DNA of 63,974 bases, counting the filler, from Blastocystis sp. subtype 4 (taxonomy: Eukaryota): NCBI RefSeq assembly GCF_000743755.1. It is 4 parts of 4 records of this genome, joined end to end, with 100 filler letters (N's around TTAATTAATTAA, not from the genome) between each part and the next. Parts side by side here need not be neighbours in the genome. Positions count along the whole stretch, not along the records: positions 36,549 to 54,660 come from NW_014569327.1; 3 more parts are not named here. One strand, written 5' to 3'. Each line of letters opens with the position of its first letter. Within the stretch, counting starts at the first letter, position 1. The position numbers and the translations under genes were made by a program. The notes beneath the pieces are model-generated. The model was not told the origin of the DNA, did not search any database, and was given only the letters and a program-made list of their open reading frames with translations. This document shows, one piece after another, positions 36,694 to 50,145 of this stretch.

Positions 36694-37863
36694 CTAACTG
36701 TCATCTTTCTTATATACAAAACGATACATAGCCTCACATAAAACACAAATCTGTTTCTCAAGCATTAATGTAATTCTTACAGTCTTTTCCTCATTCTTCA
36801 AACCTAAAGGAAGAGTCCTCGGAGCACACTGACGACAAAAGAGATAACCACAATAAAAGCAGACATGCGATTTATGAAGACAAGAAAAGGGCTTAGAACA
36901 CAGATAGCAACATTGTGAGAAAATACCTTCATCCGTACTGTCCACATCTTTCGCTAACATGGCTAAACGGGATATACTTAAAAGAACGTATTGCTATTCG
37001 ATGAAGACAGACATCCAAACATACTTTCAAATGAAGCACAAACGATGGATCACAGTGATCGCCAAAGATTTGAAGTGTTTTATTCCATTCGTTGATGATT
37101 TCAGTTTCATCTTGGACACTTACACGGTTTTGACGGATGTAGCGACGACGACCATGATACCAGCTGTTTTGCTGACTCATCGACTAGGAATTACTTGTAA
37201 CTGCAATACTTACACCCACATAGCTGCTAGGTACAGATCCCATGGATGAAGCAGACATGTGCTCAATGTCCCCCTCTTCAATCCTAATCGACATACTGCG
37301 GTTCTGACGCTGCTTACGTTTATAACTCTCAATAATCAAGTCCTTCTGCTTGATTTCGTTAATCACTATACGTCATATTTGATCCATAAGCATACAAATC
37401 TCCATTGGCTTATCGAGCTTTCTCTTCATAAAGGTAATTTCCTGTTTTAACTCCTGGATCTCATTATCCTTGCCCGAAATCTCCACTTGGAGATTTCTCA
37501 TTCGAAATACAAATCGGTTGTTCGCCTCCTCTAGATACTGCAGTCGACGGTCTTTCTCACGAATCGTCTCTTTTGCTGCATGCAACTCTGCAATCAACGT
37601 GTCATTCTACAGTTTATCTGTTCTTGATACGATTCACTTGTGGATTTGCTTGTTGCTGTTGCCTAGATGTCATGTCAGACTTTAGACGATCAAATTCTTT
37701 CTGCAACCGATGATACGCCTCTTCAATATCCTCTAGCTGACGAATCCGGTCTGCCTGCTCACGGATGATTTCCTGGGCCCTCGATAAAGACATTTCCTAA
37801 TCTATCACCCTATTCCATCTTAAGACGAACGTCAGACTCCTCATCAATATCTAAACCCTCCAT
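36694..37863 (-). CDS. Coiled-coil protein with C-terminal FYVE-like zinc finger
   Basis: Coiled-coil exons then CYLCSKPFSCLHKSHVCFYCGYLFCRQC..ICVLC. Confidence 0.7.
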
Positions 37864-38022
37864 AGTCAACGATTTATGAAACTGGGTTTCAAAAAAGGCT
37901 TGATTTCATTCATGAAACGATGACAGCTGAAAACGGTATTTCCACTCCGTCTTATGAGTACCCGGGAATCACAACAAACACACAAATGAAAAACGAAAAC
38001 AGCATCTGTCAAAATAACCTCT

Positions 38023-38394
38023 CTATTCAAGTCCATATTGCTTCCTAAACTGTCTCCTCTGTCTTTCCGCAAGTTCTGGGTCCACTTTACCTGTCTGTCC
38101 ATTTGTCCCTAACGGCCTCCGAAACAAGAGAATATTAGGTTCTGGTCTAAATAGATCAGTTACAGATGACAAAATGTACTTGTGTGTAGCATAATGTTCC
38201 CACCCCAAACTCATCTGGATCCCAAGAGATCTCCATTCCTTTTCTGATAGTAACTGTCCTGAAGGGATCTGCTTTGACAATTCCTTGGGTAACGTGACAT
38301 GACTAAATCTAAGAGTTCTTCTGCTCATATACCGATATTCATATTGTTCATCATAGTACTTGTCACTGTAATCAATTTGACTTCCATAATTCAT
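38023..38394 (-). CDS. CKS1: Cyclin-dependent kinase regulatory subunit CKS1
   Basis: [54 protein letters not shown]. Confidence 0.95.
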   Translation of the reverse strand: MNYGSQIDYSDKYYDEQYEYRYMSRRTLRFSHVTLPKELSKQIPSGQLLSEKEWRSLGIQMSLGWEHYATHKYILSSVTDLFRPEPNILLFRRPLGTNGQTGKVDPELAERQRRQFRKQYGLE

Positions 38395-38607
38395 GTTGGA
38401 AAACTAGAATGAACAAACAGTTCACAAAGTGGATTTCTTTGAATACCCATTTCAGGTTTTTTCCGTATATCAAATCGATAGGCTTCGTCAACAACGAAGA
38501 TCATCAGTGTTTGAGAAAAGGGAGAAATTGACAATACCACATGGTAGACATCCAGACTTCTCTGCTGATCCAATAGGAGCCAACCAAACCCATAGGAAAC
38601 ATATATG

Positions 38608-39508
38608 TTATTCCCTATGAAACTGAGAAGATAGAGACAAGATCGTATCACTAATCGATCCTGGCCATAGTTCCTCTCCTGAATCATAAAAACCACAGAT
38701 ATGAGCGCAGATGGCTTTCACCATTGACATTTCAATTCCCATTTGTTCAAAGACCTTCTGTGGATCAATGCTATTGTAGATACACATCATATAGATAGTT
38801 GTGGCAGCAATGAGATGTGGAGGATACAAGAGAGGAATCGTTGTGAAGTAGCAGTCATTTATAATGTTTCTATTGATTAGAAAGCGAAATAGACAGTGAC
38901 AGGCATGTTTGAAGATACTCCTCACAATGCAACACTGAAAGAATGTGACGAAGAGGACGGACTGGATGGTGGAGAAGAAGACAGAAATCCATTGTTTGAA
39001 GAAGACAATTCTCACAACACAATACTTCTTCGACCGTCCACTGTAGAGGTGCAATCTTGTGTGATTTACAGACAGATTCCAAGAAGGATAATACACGAGT
39101 AACAGATATTCCTATTTCCTCAATCTTTCCAGCAAGATAGAAGCATGTAGGAACAGCTAGATACGGATGAACTTCATAAAACCCAATTCTAGTTCTAAGA
39201 TGGAGGATATCACGTACTTGGAATAGAATCGCCGAAAGTATATGATTGCTGAGTAGACAACCCGTTGATTAATATCATTTTTGCTTCCCAATTCTACAAG
39301 GACTATGCATAAGTCTTCTTATTGAAATCTACATGCGGTACAATTCAAAAATATAGTTTGAATCTCATCTTTTGATAGAGAAGGGTTGTTTGAACAATAG
39401 ATGTCCTGCAAGTCTGTATCCGTTGTTCCACGAATCCACTCATTCCTTCAATTTATTCAGAGCCATCAAATCAAACCATTGTGATGAATTCGAAAAGGAT
39501 GCTGTCAT
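38608..39508 (-). CDS. Cyclin C-like transcriptional cyclin
   Basis: MTASFSNSSQW, QRVVYSAIIYFRRFY, FYLAGKIEE, HHPVRPL, INDCYFTTIPLLYPPHLIA. Confidence 0.8.
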
Positions 39509-39536
39509 GAATTCATTAATGATCAACAAACAGAAA

Positions 39537-42295
39537 AAGATAGCCGTTCTATGCTATCCGTCAATTCCTTAATATCTCCTTGCGATATATGTGGACTCTG
39601 TAGTAAAGAGCGAATCTTCGACTCAACACAACTCAAAGACGAATCAGAGACCCGTTTTTCCGAGTTCCGTTGTCCATAATTGGCCTTTGCAATGGCTTCT
39701 AATTCCCAAACTTTCTTCTCAGCATCCTACAAATCATCTTCAATTCTCGCAATCACCTCAATAATTTCCTTAGGAAAATTGCATAATTGAGCAACATTAA
39801 TACCAAACGACTTGTCCGAAGGACCATCCAAAACTCCATACAACATTGTAATATAGTTCTCTTTACAAGATGCAGTAACATGAATATTCTTCACATTTTT
39901 AAATGATTTGGCAATTGTTGTCAACTCATAGTAATGGGTAGTAAAGAGACAGTAACACTGAGGAATCTCCTTAATGATGTATTCCAGAATTCCCCAAGAT
40001 AATCCCAGTCCATCATATCTATCAATAAATACCCAATCCCATACCAACGTCGAGGTTCCTCGTCCCAATTCGTCAATCACAATCAAACTATTGGTTTTAT
40101 CGTTCTTGTCCTGGCATGCACTCAGGATGTTGGACATGTCAATCATCTCACTCATGAAGGTGGAAACACCACGAGATTGATTATCAGAAGCTCCGATCCG
40201 CGTAAAAAGAGCTGTGAACGGCGGAAATACAGCACTTTCAGCAGGAACAAAGCAGCCAATTTGCGCCATAATCGTCAGGATTCCAAGCTTCTCATCAATC
40301 CATAACAAAAAGCATACCTGACGCATGTACGTACTTTTCCCTCCCATATTTGGTCCTGTGATGATAACGACATTTTCTTTTTTACTTCTCATAGAATAGT
40401 TGTTGGGTATGAACAGAACATTGGACTGAAGTTCAAGCAACGGATGACGAGCTTTCTCAATTTTGATATCTTTGTTTCAGTCGAATATCCAATGACCTAC
40501 AATTCTCTTTGGTGATATCAAGGAACTTAGGTCGTGTATATGGAATGACAGCTGTTGTAGAGACATAAGCAAAACTGGAAAGCAAGTCAAGCTGTGAGAT
40601 AAGTGAAGAAAAGATGTTAAATAGAGGCATATATGTTAGAGCAACATCTGTTATTTTCTCAACCAAAGATTGCTGAGCAACATTGTATTCGGCTGTGTAT
40701 TGCTCATATTCTGCTGAAATAGAACGTAAATCACTAGAAATGAATAGGAAGTTCAGATCCGACTCATCTCCGTCAAGAGTGAAGTAAATGCCATTCTTCA
40801 ACACTTGTAACACGCTCACACCAGGAATCGCATTAACTTCATTGTTGTAACGACTCAATACCCGAAGACAGTAACCATAACGAGCATTTCTTTACATTAG
40901 CAATTCCAATCGTTTATACCTCTCACAGCGAATCTCCAATTGAGGATAACGTTCACGATACTACCCATCAACACTCCTCCTTATTCTAACCATGTCAAAG
41001 ATTCGAGCAATCTCGTTGTAAGCTTCATTCTTCTTGGCTGCTATATCTTTGAGACCCTCATCAAATGTAGGAGCCACGTTAAATTCAGGAGGTGAAAGAG
41101 ACAATGATTTAGAATCAATCACTTGCTCTGTCATCTGGAGAAATGGAGAAAAAGCTCCTATCAGCTCTTCCAGAGGCTCAATAAATACCGTATCCAGTAC
41201 ACTACGATTCTTATGACAACAACGTTTCAAACATTCCTAAGGCATCAAACAATCACATCACAAGTACTAGAATAGGTTCCAATTTCTTCACTGTCAAATA
41301 CATAACATACAAATCTTGTAATCGAAAACGTGCCTTTCGTTCCAGACGACGCACATACTTCTCAACGTCAACAATTCCTTTAAGTGCATTATCTCGAAGT
41401 TCTTCCCGAAGTTCGTCCTCTTCCTTAAATAACTCGACGAGATCCAGACGCTGATTGATCTCATCAACGTTCACAAGAGGCTGACGTAGCCAACGACGTA
41501 GCAGCCGTTCTCCCATTCCTGCAGTTACGGTCACATTCAACAAACCGAAAATGCTAGATACTTTATCTTTCACCTTCTCCAACGGAAAGACATTTAATGT
41601 CGTTAGTACAGAACTATCAAGTCGCATATAACTAAGTCCATTAGAGCGATCGTCTTCACCCACTTGTTGATGGAATAGGGAAGAAGCGTGTACTTGCCAA
41701 CATATCCTCCACTGCATAAATGCAATTGCTACAAATCACTGAATATAAAAGAGTCGACCGAAACCAAAACACCACTTGCCTTCATTGCCAACTGCATCTG
41801 CAAGATTGATGGATACAAGTTCAGATTATCAGCACCAACTAATACAGACAACTCGTGCTCCACATCAAATGAGACAAAGTCACTACAATCAACACAAAAA
41901 CCGAAACCCACTTCTTCTTAACAATTTGCAACCTAACATCGAGTTGTTCCAATAATTTCGCAATGTGCTGCAACTTTCCCGTTTCAACAGAACCATAGGT
42001 GTAGACAATATCAACGTTGTTTTGGACAATCAACGTTTCCAGATTGTTGAACTGTGCATTGTCGTCATATTCGATTCTACATCTAAGACAAGTACTGAAC
42101 AAAAACAGAAGAAGCGCACGATCCCGATCTTGTTCGTTTCGCTTTATATTAGCCACGTCAATTGCTGCACCATATTCGTGGGACGTCTACTGTTGATCCT
42201 AGCACCCAATCATCTACCTCTTTGTAAAAGAGAGCAAGACTCACTACAATCTCCTCTAGTCATCAAACCAATGTCAAATCTCTCATACCTTCCAT
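39537..42295 (-). CDS. MSH2: DNA mismatch repair protein MSH2 (N-terminally short; stop possibly completed by poly(A))
   Basis: DDNAQFNNLETL, YMRLDSS, GERLLRRWLRQPL, ITGPNMGGKSTYMRQ, RIGASDNQSRGVSTFMSEM, DELGRGTST, SFGINVAQLCNFP. Confidence 0.93.
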
Positions 42296-42357
42296 AATAG
42301 AGAAAACAAAATGGAGGCAATAATGGCGGGATTCAAAGTGAAGTAACAAACAGACTA

Positions 42358-43485
42358 TTATTTCTTAGGTAGTTGGGGAATATTTAGTGAGGGCAAATCG
42401 AACATTGCTCCAGCTTTCTGGATAAACTTGGAATTCTCTTCCTGAACCTATCCATCACCTCATTCAACTGCAATTACACTAAACGGTTTATATCGATCGT
42501 TTGGTACTTCCACATCATTTACATCCACTTCCTCTCCACTCTGAATGCGTCGCATCTTCTCTCGTTGTTTGGCTTGGTACGCAGCCTATATTACACTCCA
42601 TATCTACTCATACTTGGTACACTGGATCATAAGCAAACATAGGATTCTCATAAGCATTTCCATAAGCATCTACAAGAGCAGCTGCTCCGCTCGTATTGTT
42701 CGCTAATGTCTTTGCAATCATTGCAGGAGTTGGTGGAGGTGGTTTAATATTGGGGATTTCAGGTCCTTCCATAATCACATTGTATCGAGAACTCGCATCT
42801 GGAGAAACCGCAGGATTTTCATCTTCGTGGAGCCAGCTACGAGCAGAGGAGTAACTGAGACGAATAGCACGGCCATTGATCACACTACACATCAGAACGA
42901 AACACATCGACAACTATCCGTTCATTTCTCGAAGTGCTCTCTCTGCTTCATCACGAGCACGGAATTGAATGAATCCAAAACCCTTACTTACACCTGTTCC
43001 CGTTTCTCGCATCACTTTAGCTCCACAGAAGGAGATATACTTCTCCTTGAAAATTTGCCACAGCATTGCATCTGTTACATTTGATTCCAGCTCTCCAATG
43101 TAGAGTCCATAATTGTCTGCTAGATTGATATTCTTACTACCTCCTCCAAAATTTAAACGAAAGGTATATCCAGTTCCCGCTACACCATTACAATAATTCA
43201 ACATCAATACGAATAGGACGACCATTATATCCATTCAACGCATTAATCGCATCTTCTTCTGTTGCAAAGTCGATAAAACCAAATCCTAGGACAAATTAAC
43301 ATTTCAACAAAAAACAAACCTTGAGGTTCATTGGTAGACCGATCTCGCATTAATTTGATAGACACAAGACCCTCTAACTCAATCAAAAGGTATAGATATC
43401 TGTTACTTGCATTGCGCATCAGCGCACACAGATAGTCTTCTGTCCAATTATCTTGTACATCTCCAATCCACAATGTTCGGGACAT
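42358..43485 (-). CDS. RRM protein of the Nam8/RBP45-47/TRNAU1AP type
   Basis: MSRTLWIGDV, FRLNFG, LYIGELESNVTD, KGFGFIQF..ALREMNG..GRAIRLS. Confidence 0.85.
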
Positions 43486-43734
43486 AGCCTGTCAATACTG
43501 TAGAAAGGAATTGAAGTGATTGATGAATGATAAAGAATAGCCCTAATTCTATACTCTCCAGTCCATATAATATGGGATCTTTAAAAAATTGGGTCTTGTT
43601 TCACTTGCCACAATCCATTTGTCACAGATTATTGTCCTGTATTAAGAAGAAGGTATGGATGACACTAGTTTTATTATTTTCTGGTGGACCCTTGAATATG
43701 AAAGTGAAGGAAGAGTTTCTAATGGTTGTTTAGA

Positions 43735-43928
43735 ATGGTGAAGCAAAAGCATCATACCGCTCGTAATCAGAGTATCAAGAACCATAAGAATGGTATCAAG
43801 AGACCTCAACGTCAACGTGCTCGTTGCATGAAGGGAGTAGGTATCGACTTGACGATGTGATTTTCTAGGTTGATCCCAAGTTCCTTAGAAACCTTCGCTT
43901 CTCCAAGAAGCACAATAAGAAGGAATAA
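43735..43928 (+). CDS. RPL29: 60S ribosomal protein L29 (1 intron)
   Basis: [45 protein letters not shown]. Confidence 0.95.
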
Positions 43929-44071
43929 GCCACTCTTTGACGCAATACGAGGGACAGTATATGCCTTGTTTGTTTTCATACACCTATCGATGTCTTATTT
44001 CGATTATATGAATTCTGTGGTTCTGTGGATCGATCACTTGTTTTCTCAACTATCGGTCGAAGGTACTGGAA

Positions 44072-45457
44072 ATGTTATTGTTTATCACCCTTACACAGGT
44101 ACGAATGGAAGAAGACCTCTTATGGACAGAGTTGTAATCTCACTTGCACGTATTGTGGCTCAGATGAAAACTATGAAGACATTGAAAACATCACAGTAGA
44201 ATTGTTTTGCTGTATTTAGTTGTAGATTGATGAGTACGAGAGAGATACGCATCCGAAAGAGATGAGTTATAACATTTCCAAGCTGGAACCCTTCAAGTAT
44301 AGGTGTCTACGCGTTTCTAACGAAAAGGGAGATTGATGATTTGTGCATCTGTTTCTATGGAGGTGAGCCTCTTCTGAAGACGCGCACAATCTACAAGATC
44401 ATGGACATGTTCCCCAATGCCAAATACTGTTTCCAGGTTCTGATCATTCATCTCTCTGATCCCTAGACGAACGCCACATTGTTGAAGACAGTGAAGTTAG
44501 ATTATTTACTTCGTGTTGATACAATTCTCTGCTCTATAGATGGCCGTCCCGAAATTACGAATCGCTGCCGTGGTCAAGGAACCTACGAGCGTATCATGGA
44601 GAATGTCGCTTACATCAAGAGTGTAGGGTTCAAGAACGATATTGTTGCTCGAATGACGGTGTCGGTTGAGCAACAGGGTGACATTTACGAGGAAGTCATG
44701 CATATCCTAATGATTGTATTTGTTTTGGTTCCTTCATAATCACATCTCATCAAGATTGGTTTCCCACATGTTCACTGGCAACTGGATTGCAATTGGGATA
44801 CACCAGACAAGCAGCGAATTGAAGAATGGTGTAAATGGCGTGATGAGAGTTACAATCCTGGCATTACACGTCTTGCTGATGAGTTCGAACGACAGTTACG
44901 AGAAGACAATACAATTCTCCCAATTGCTCCTTTCACAGGAATTCTCTATAGGTTGAGTTCCCATTGTGATTCTTATTACTAGTTTCCTGATTGGTGAGAA
45001 GGTAAAGGGAGTTCGTTGTGGGTCTGGTTTGACATCCTTCAAGTGACTATTGTATCATTTTTTTATTCATAGTATCACTACAGGTGGAGGTGTGAGTAGT
45101 TGTCCCATTGCCGCTGAGTTGGAGTGTATCACTAACATCAATGCAAAGGGTACTCTTTTAAGTGGATGTTGATGAAAAGGATTCCACCCTAAGAATTTGT
45201 TTAACTCCGAAAGTGTGGGAGAACCTTGTACTTCCTGCGACATTTTCCATGAATGTGGAGGAAGATGTCTGTATGCGAATCAGACTAAATGGTGGGGAGA
45301 AGATGGATTCCAGGAGGTTTGCAATACAATTCGTCATCTGATGAAGGAAATGCACCGTGTGATGCCCACCGTGCAAAAGAAGATCGATGAAGGTGTTTTT
45401 TCTGTTGAGGATTTCCATTATCCTCCCTATAACAACAGTATTGAAACAATTCCCTAA
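44072..45457 (+). CDS. Radical SAM enzyme with SPASM-like C-terminus, archaeal AF0577/TIGR04084-like (~8 introns)
   Basis: Spliced: MLLFITLTQSCNLTCTYCGS (CxxxCxxC), FYGGEPLL, QTNATLL, SIDG, VARMTV, HWQLDCNW, RCGSG..SCPIA, CTSCDIFHECGGRCLYAN..VC. Confidence 0.85.
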
Positions 45458-45542
45458 GTTTTGTTTGTTTGGACCAACATCATTCCTTTCGTTGTTGTGT
45501 TTTTCCCATTCTATCCAAGATCCTGTTGTTCTGTTGTGATAA

Positions 45543-48500
45543 ATGTTGAGAAATGCTGCAAAGAAGGTTGATTTGCCTCTTCAACTGAAGAAGGCAAAAG
45601 AAATGCTCTTCTCTGTGCAGGAGCAATTAGCTACTGCAAAACAAGAGACCCTAAGGAGAGCAGTACAAACTGGCGTTGCATCGATGCAACCAGAAATGGA
45701 TACGATCAAGCAGCTGGTAGAGCAGTACGGACAGTGTAAAAAGAGAGTGGATGAGCTTACAAGAGAACTCAATGCATCGAATTCCACGACATCATCGAGT
45801 TTCCATCTTTGCGTTTCTATTAAGTGTAGACGGAAGAAAAGGAAAGAAGGGCCAATCCAAAGAGACTCTAGGACAAACAAAGCCCTCTGAGTTTGGTTCT
45901 TCCATTATTGATGAAATCGTGAAGTCACAATCCTCATTTAGTGTTGCAAATAGTAACGAGTCCAGTAAGAATCCTAAAGGAGCCATGGATACACCAAAGG
46001 CATCCAAGAAGAAGAAGAGAAAAGAGAAGGTTGTTCTATCTTCAAAGACAGCTCCGAAGGAAATGAGTGAGTTGCCCCCTCTTCCGATTCAAATTACCGA
46101 TACAATGTCTCTTTTAGCCAACAATACTGATTCAAAGCCTCTTCCATCGATCTTCTCCTTTTTACATCCGATGAATCAAACGAAGAGTGACTCCTCTTCG
46201 AAAATTGGAAATCTGTCAGAAGTTCTCAACCTAGATGGTCCTGTAGCGAAACGAGATGGTTCCTATCAATCATCTCGTGATGCTCTTGGACTGGGTTCAT
46301 CACTCCCGTTCACAGATACTTTGGATTCTGTATCCCCAACCAGCAATGCCCTTGATTTTGAAGATCCCTTCAACAGTGAGATTGAGAAAATGGAACGCGA
46401 AGATCGGGAACAGATCCAATTTGGTGTAAAGAATCCAGAACCGCAAATACTGGTTGAGGAGCCCAAGATTGATCTTGACGAATTGCGAAGAAAGGCGCAG
46501 ATACGTGTTGGATCGCTTCTAGGAGATGTCCTGAAAGCAAATGAGGTAGTCACAACTTCGAAACCGTTGTTTGATGAGACCCTTGTCAATAATGAAACAG
46601 CCGTTTCCAACGCAAGCACTGTTACTACTCTTCCAGATGTATCAGAACCAACGAATCTTGCCCCAGCAAATGCTATACAACGCAAGAAGAAGCGAAATAC
46701 ATCAACCAAAGTGATCTCTGTGGAAGAAGAAGTTAGTGTTTCAAAAGCCTCTCAGTTACTTGGCATTTCGGTAAAGGAGTGTTTATCTCGAATTGGTGAC
46801 ATTCAAGAAGGTATCAATTCTAAAGATGATCTGGTTAGTTGTGATGTGGTTGAACTGCTTGCAATGGATCAAGATATTGAAGTGCGAGTGAAGAATCGAT
46901 TCAACCTCCAACCTCACGTCATGCAAGAATCCCCAACGACTCTCCCATCTCGTCCTCCTGTAATTGCTGTGATGGGTCATGTGGATCACGGGAAAACCAC
47001 ACTTCTTGACTATCTAAGGAAAACAAGTGTAGCGGCAAAGGAGGCAGGAGGAATCACACAAGCCATTTCTAGTTTTAATGTGATGTTGGATAACTCCAAT
47101 CGAATCACCTTCATTGATACGCCAGGTCATGCGGCTTTTGCGACAATGCGCCAACGAGGCGCAACTGCTACAGATATCATATTATTGATTATAGCAGCTG
47201 ATGATGGAATAAAGGAGCAAACAAAAGAGGTGATTGAGATTATTAAAAAAACACACACACCATTTGTCGTAGCTGTCACCAAATGTGGAAAGAAAACTGT
47301 TAACAAAGATCAAGCTATCAAAAAAATCAGTACAGCTCTGCTTGATTACGATATTGTCACAACTCCTTTTGGAGGAGATGTGAGTATTGTAGGAATCGAT
47401 AGCATTACTGGCGAAGGAATTGATCAACTCAAACACACACTCTATGAGGAGGGACTTCTTCAGGAGATTCGAGCTGATCGAAATGCTCCTGGAGAAGCGG
47501 TTGTTCTTGAGTCGATTGTCAAGGAAGGAGTGGGAACAGTGTTTAACACTGTCATTCGATGGGGTCAATTGAAAGTGGGTTCTGTGTGTGTGATTGGTAC
47601 AGAGTATGGTCGTATTAAACAGATTTGGAATTCCGGAAAAAGTGTCCAAAAAGGATATGCAGGAGATACAGTAGAAGTGAGTGGAATCAATCGAACTGTG
47701 AATAGTGGCGAATGGTTATTGGAAGTTAAGAATGAGAGTGAAGCAGCTGCTGTAGTGAGTTATCGCCAACGACGACTTGCCCGACAGAAGATGCTAACAG
47801 CTAAGAAATCGGGAGAGAATTTGTCAGAAGAAATGACAAAAACTCTCATTCCTTTAATCCTGAAGACAGATGTTGATGGTAGTATTGATGTGAGTGATGA
47901 GTGAGTAATTGAATGCTAGGCATTGCGCCACGAAATTGAAGGATTGAATAGTAGTCTAAAGAATGCAGAGTTTCAGATTGTGAATGCGAGCATGGGAGTG
48001 GTGAATCAGAGTGATGTGGAGCTTACTCATGATTGCAAAGGAATGATGGTGTGTTTCAATACAAAGACACCAGGTATATGAAAATGAAATGACTGATTTG
48101 AAGGAAAGATCCAGAAGATAATGAAGAACCTTCATGTATTGAGTGTCACAGGGAATATCATCTATTCTCTTCTGGATGAGGTAGTGATTTGGAGAGAGAG
48201 TCTGAGTGCAGATGAAACAGAAAGCTGTTGAGTTTATGCCTATTGTGAATGCTCCTGTTGTTACAGCTTCTGCTACAGTCCTTCAAGTATATGTATATGG
48301 AGAGGTTGAAGTATAGACATTTGAATCCTCAGATAAGAATTCATTGATTGCTGGTTGTAAGGTAATTTCAGGGACTCTTGCAAGACAAGCCGTATATCGC
48401 ATTGTTCGTGAGTCTAATGTATATGTGAAAGAATGGAATGAAGACTAGGTTATCTTTAAGGGAAGTACGTTTGATTCTATGAAACACTTCAAGGATGAAG

Positions 48501-48650
48501 TGGATAGTGTGATGGAAGGAAAGGAATGTGGAGTTCAAATTCAGAATTTTACTGTGAGAATCAAATGAATAGTATCATTCTTAGGATTTCCAACCTGGAG
48601 ACACTATTGAGACTTATGAATACAAAGATATACGTCAACCATTGGAATAA
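45543..48650 (+). CDS. MTIF2: Mitochondrial (MRO) translation initiation factor IF-2
   Basis: RPPVIAVMGHVDHGKTTLLD, EAGGITQAI, FIDTPGHAAFATMRQRGA, SMKHFKDEV..GKECG. Confidence 0.93.
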
Positions 48651-48676
48651 CAGTTGTTTTCATTATAACAAACAAG

Positions 48677-49987
48677 TCATTCTGATGTTAACTGTAATGT
48701 AGTTCCCTTCAATTGAAAACCAACCAATACTTCTTCAATGTCTTCATAATCTTCACATAACAATTGACGTACATTCTTCTCCATCTTTCTATTATTTGCT
48801 TCTTCTATTCCTACTTCACTCATCTTCTCTGCATTCATTTCTGGATCTACTTCGATCTTCAAATCCACATACATTAGAGGGCCATGATGACGGTGTCGTA
48901 ACGAGCAACATGGGATCCCTTGATTTCTCACTATCTAATCACAATTCATATTATCACTCACAGTGTTCCATCATCGATTTGTTCTCATCCAAATCTTGTC
49001 GATCCATCAGATTGTAGTAATTCCCACTCAACAGATCGATTCCAGTTTTGGCAATCAATACACCCACAGCAATTCCACCCACTGGATCAAACCAAGGAAT
49101 TCTACCGATTACGACATACCTCATATTTGTACCCTATATAGGATCCACCTAATCCTATGAGGGCTACTACCGAAGCCCATACATCTGAACGATGGTGATA
49201 AGCATTGGCCACCAATACACTACTGTTGTTCCGTTCGCCAATTTTCTTTGTTACATGGTAGAGAATCTCTTTGGCAATAATACTAAAACACAAAACTCCA
49301 GGACCACTCTGAAATGAAGAGAGACTACAATTCCTACTACATAGGTCCATATATTCTGCGAGGCAGCATAATCATTGACTGTTTGATTCACTAAGACATC
49401 TTGGAGTGCCAAATAACTATCCCAACCAATCATTACTGCTGTACCCATGAGAAACAAGGCAATTCCCATGGAACCAAGAGCCTCTACCTTTCCGTGACCA
49501 TATCTAGCATTCATAAAACACAACTTCACCTACGGATAGAGAAGATCAGGGTCCTGTCGACTCTTCTTTACTGTAATGAGTGCCATACCATCTGCAATCA
49601 AATCTGATAAACTATGAACAGCATCTACATCCTCATATCCATAACAACAATCTCACCTGCTATCAATGCTGGTGAGTGCAACAAGTATCCTGAAACTGCC
49701 TAGATATCATACTAACAAAACAGACCCACTTTCATTCCAGATAACAACACGTTGACACCCGCACCAATATATGTAATTACATTTCCTTCTTTAACATGGC
49801 GACGACTAGAAATTAGGATTTGAAAAAGTCTCTACCGAATGATCTCTCTCTCTTTTCTCGACAACTCATTCTGCCGCTTAAATGTAAAGGAACGTATTGC
49901 TTGATTTTGTAAGAGAATGATTTGGCCAGTTCTGATTTCCATCAAACAAGACCTCAAGGCACCACCACGCAGCGAACATAGATTCAT
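48677..49987 (-). CDS. Cation diffusion facilitator, mitochondrial MMT1/2-like
   Basis: Basic N-terminal presequence, DAVHSLSD, YGHGKVEALGS, ANAYHHRSD. Confidence 0.85.
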
Positions 49988-50145
49988 GAATGCGGTATTC
50001 TAGACATACAAAAATAAAATATGACTCGCAATTGAGAGTGTTTTCTACATAGATATCTACGTAGAGTTATTTTAGTTGACTCAGATCGTCTTTTAGTAGG
50101 TAGCTCTATCGATTCTCAAGTTATTACTAGGAAGTGAGATTTGTC

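Noticed and set aside
38023..42295. CKS1-cyclin-MSH2 as a functional cell-cycle cluster
   Set aside because: The cyclin is C-type (transcriptional), and adjacency in such a dense genome is plausibly chance.
43735..44070. Short neighbour as precursor peptide for the radical SAM enzyme
   Set aside because: The small upstream gene is ordinary RPL29, and the spacer has no convincing peptide ORF.
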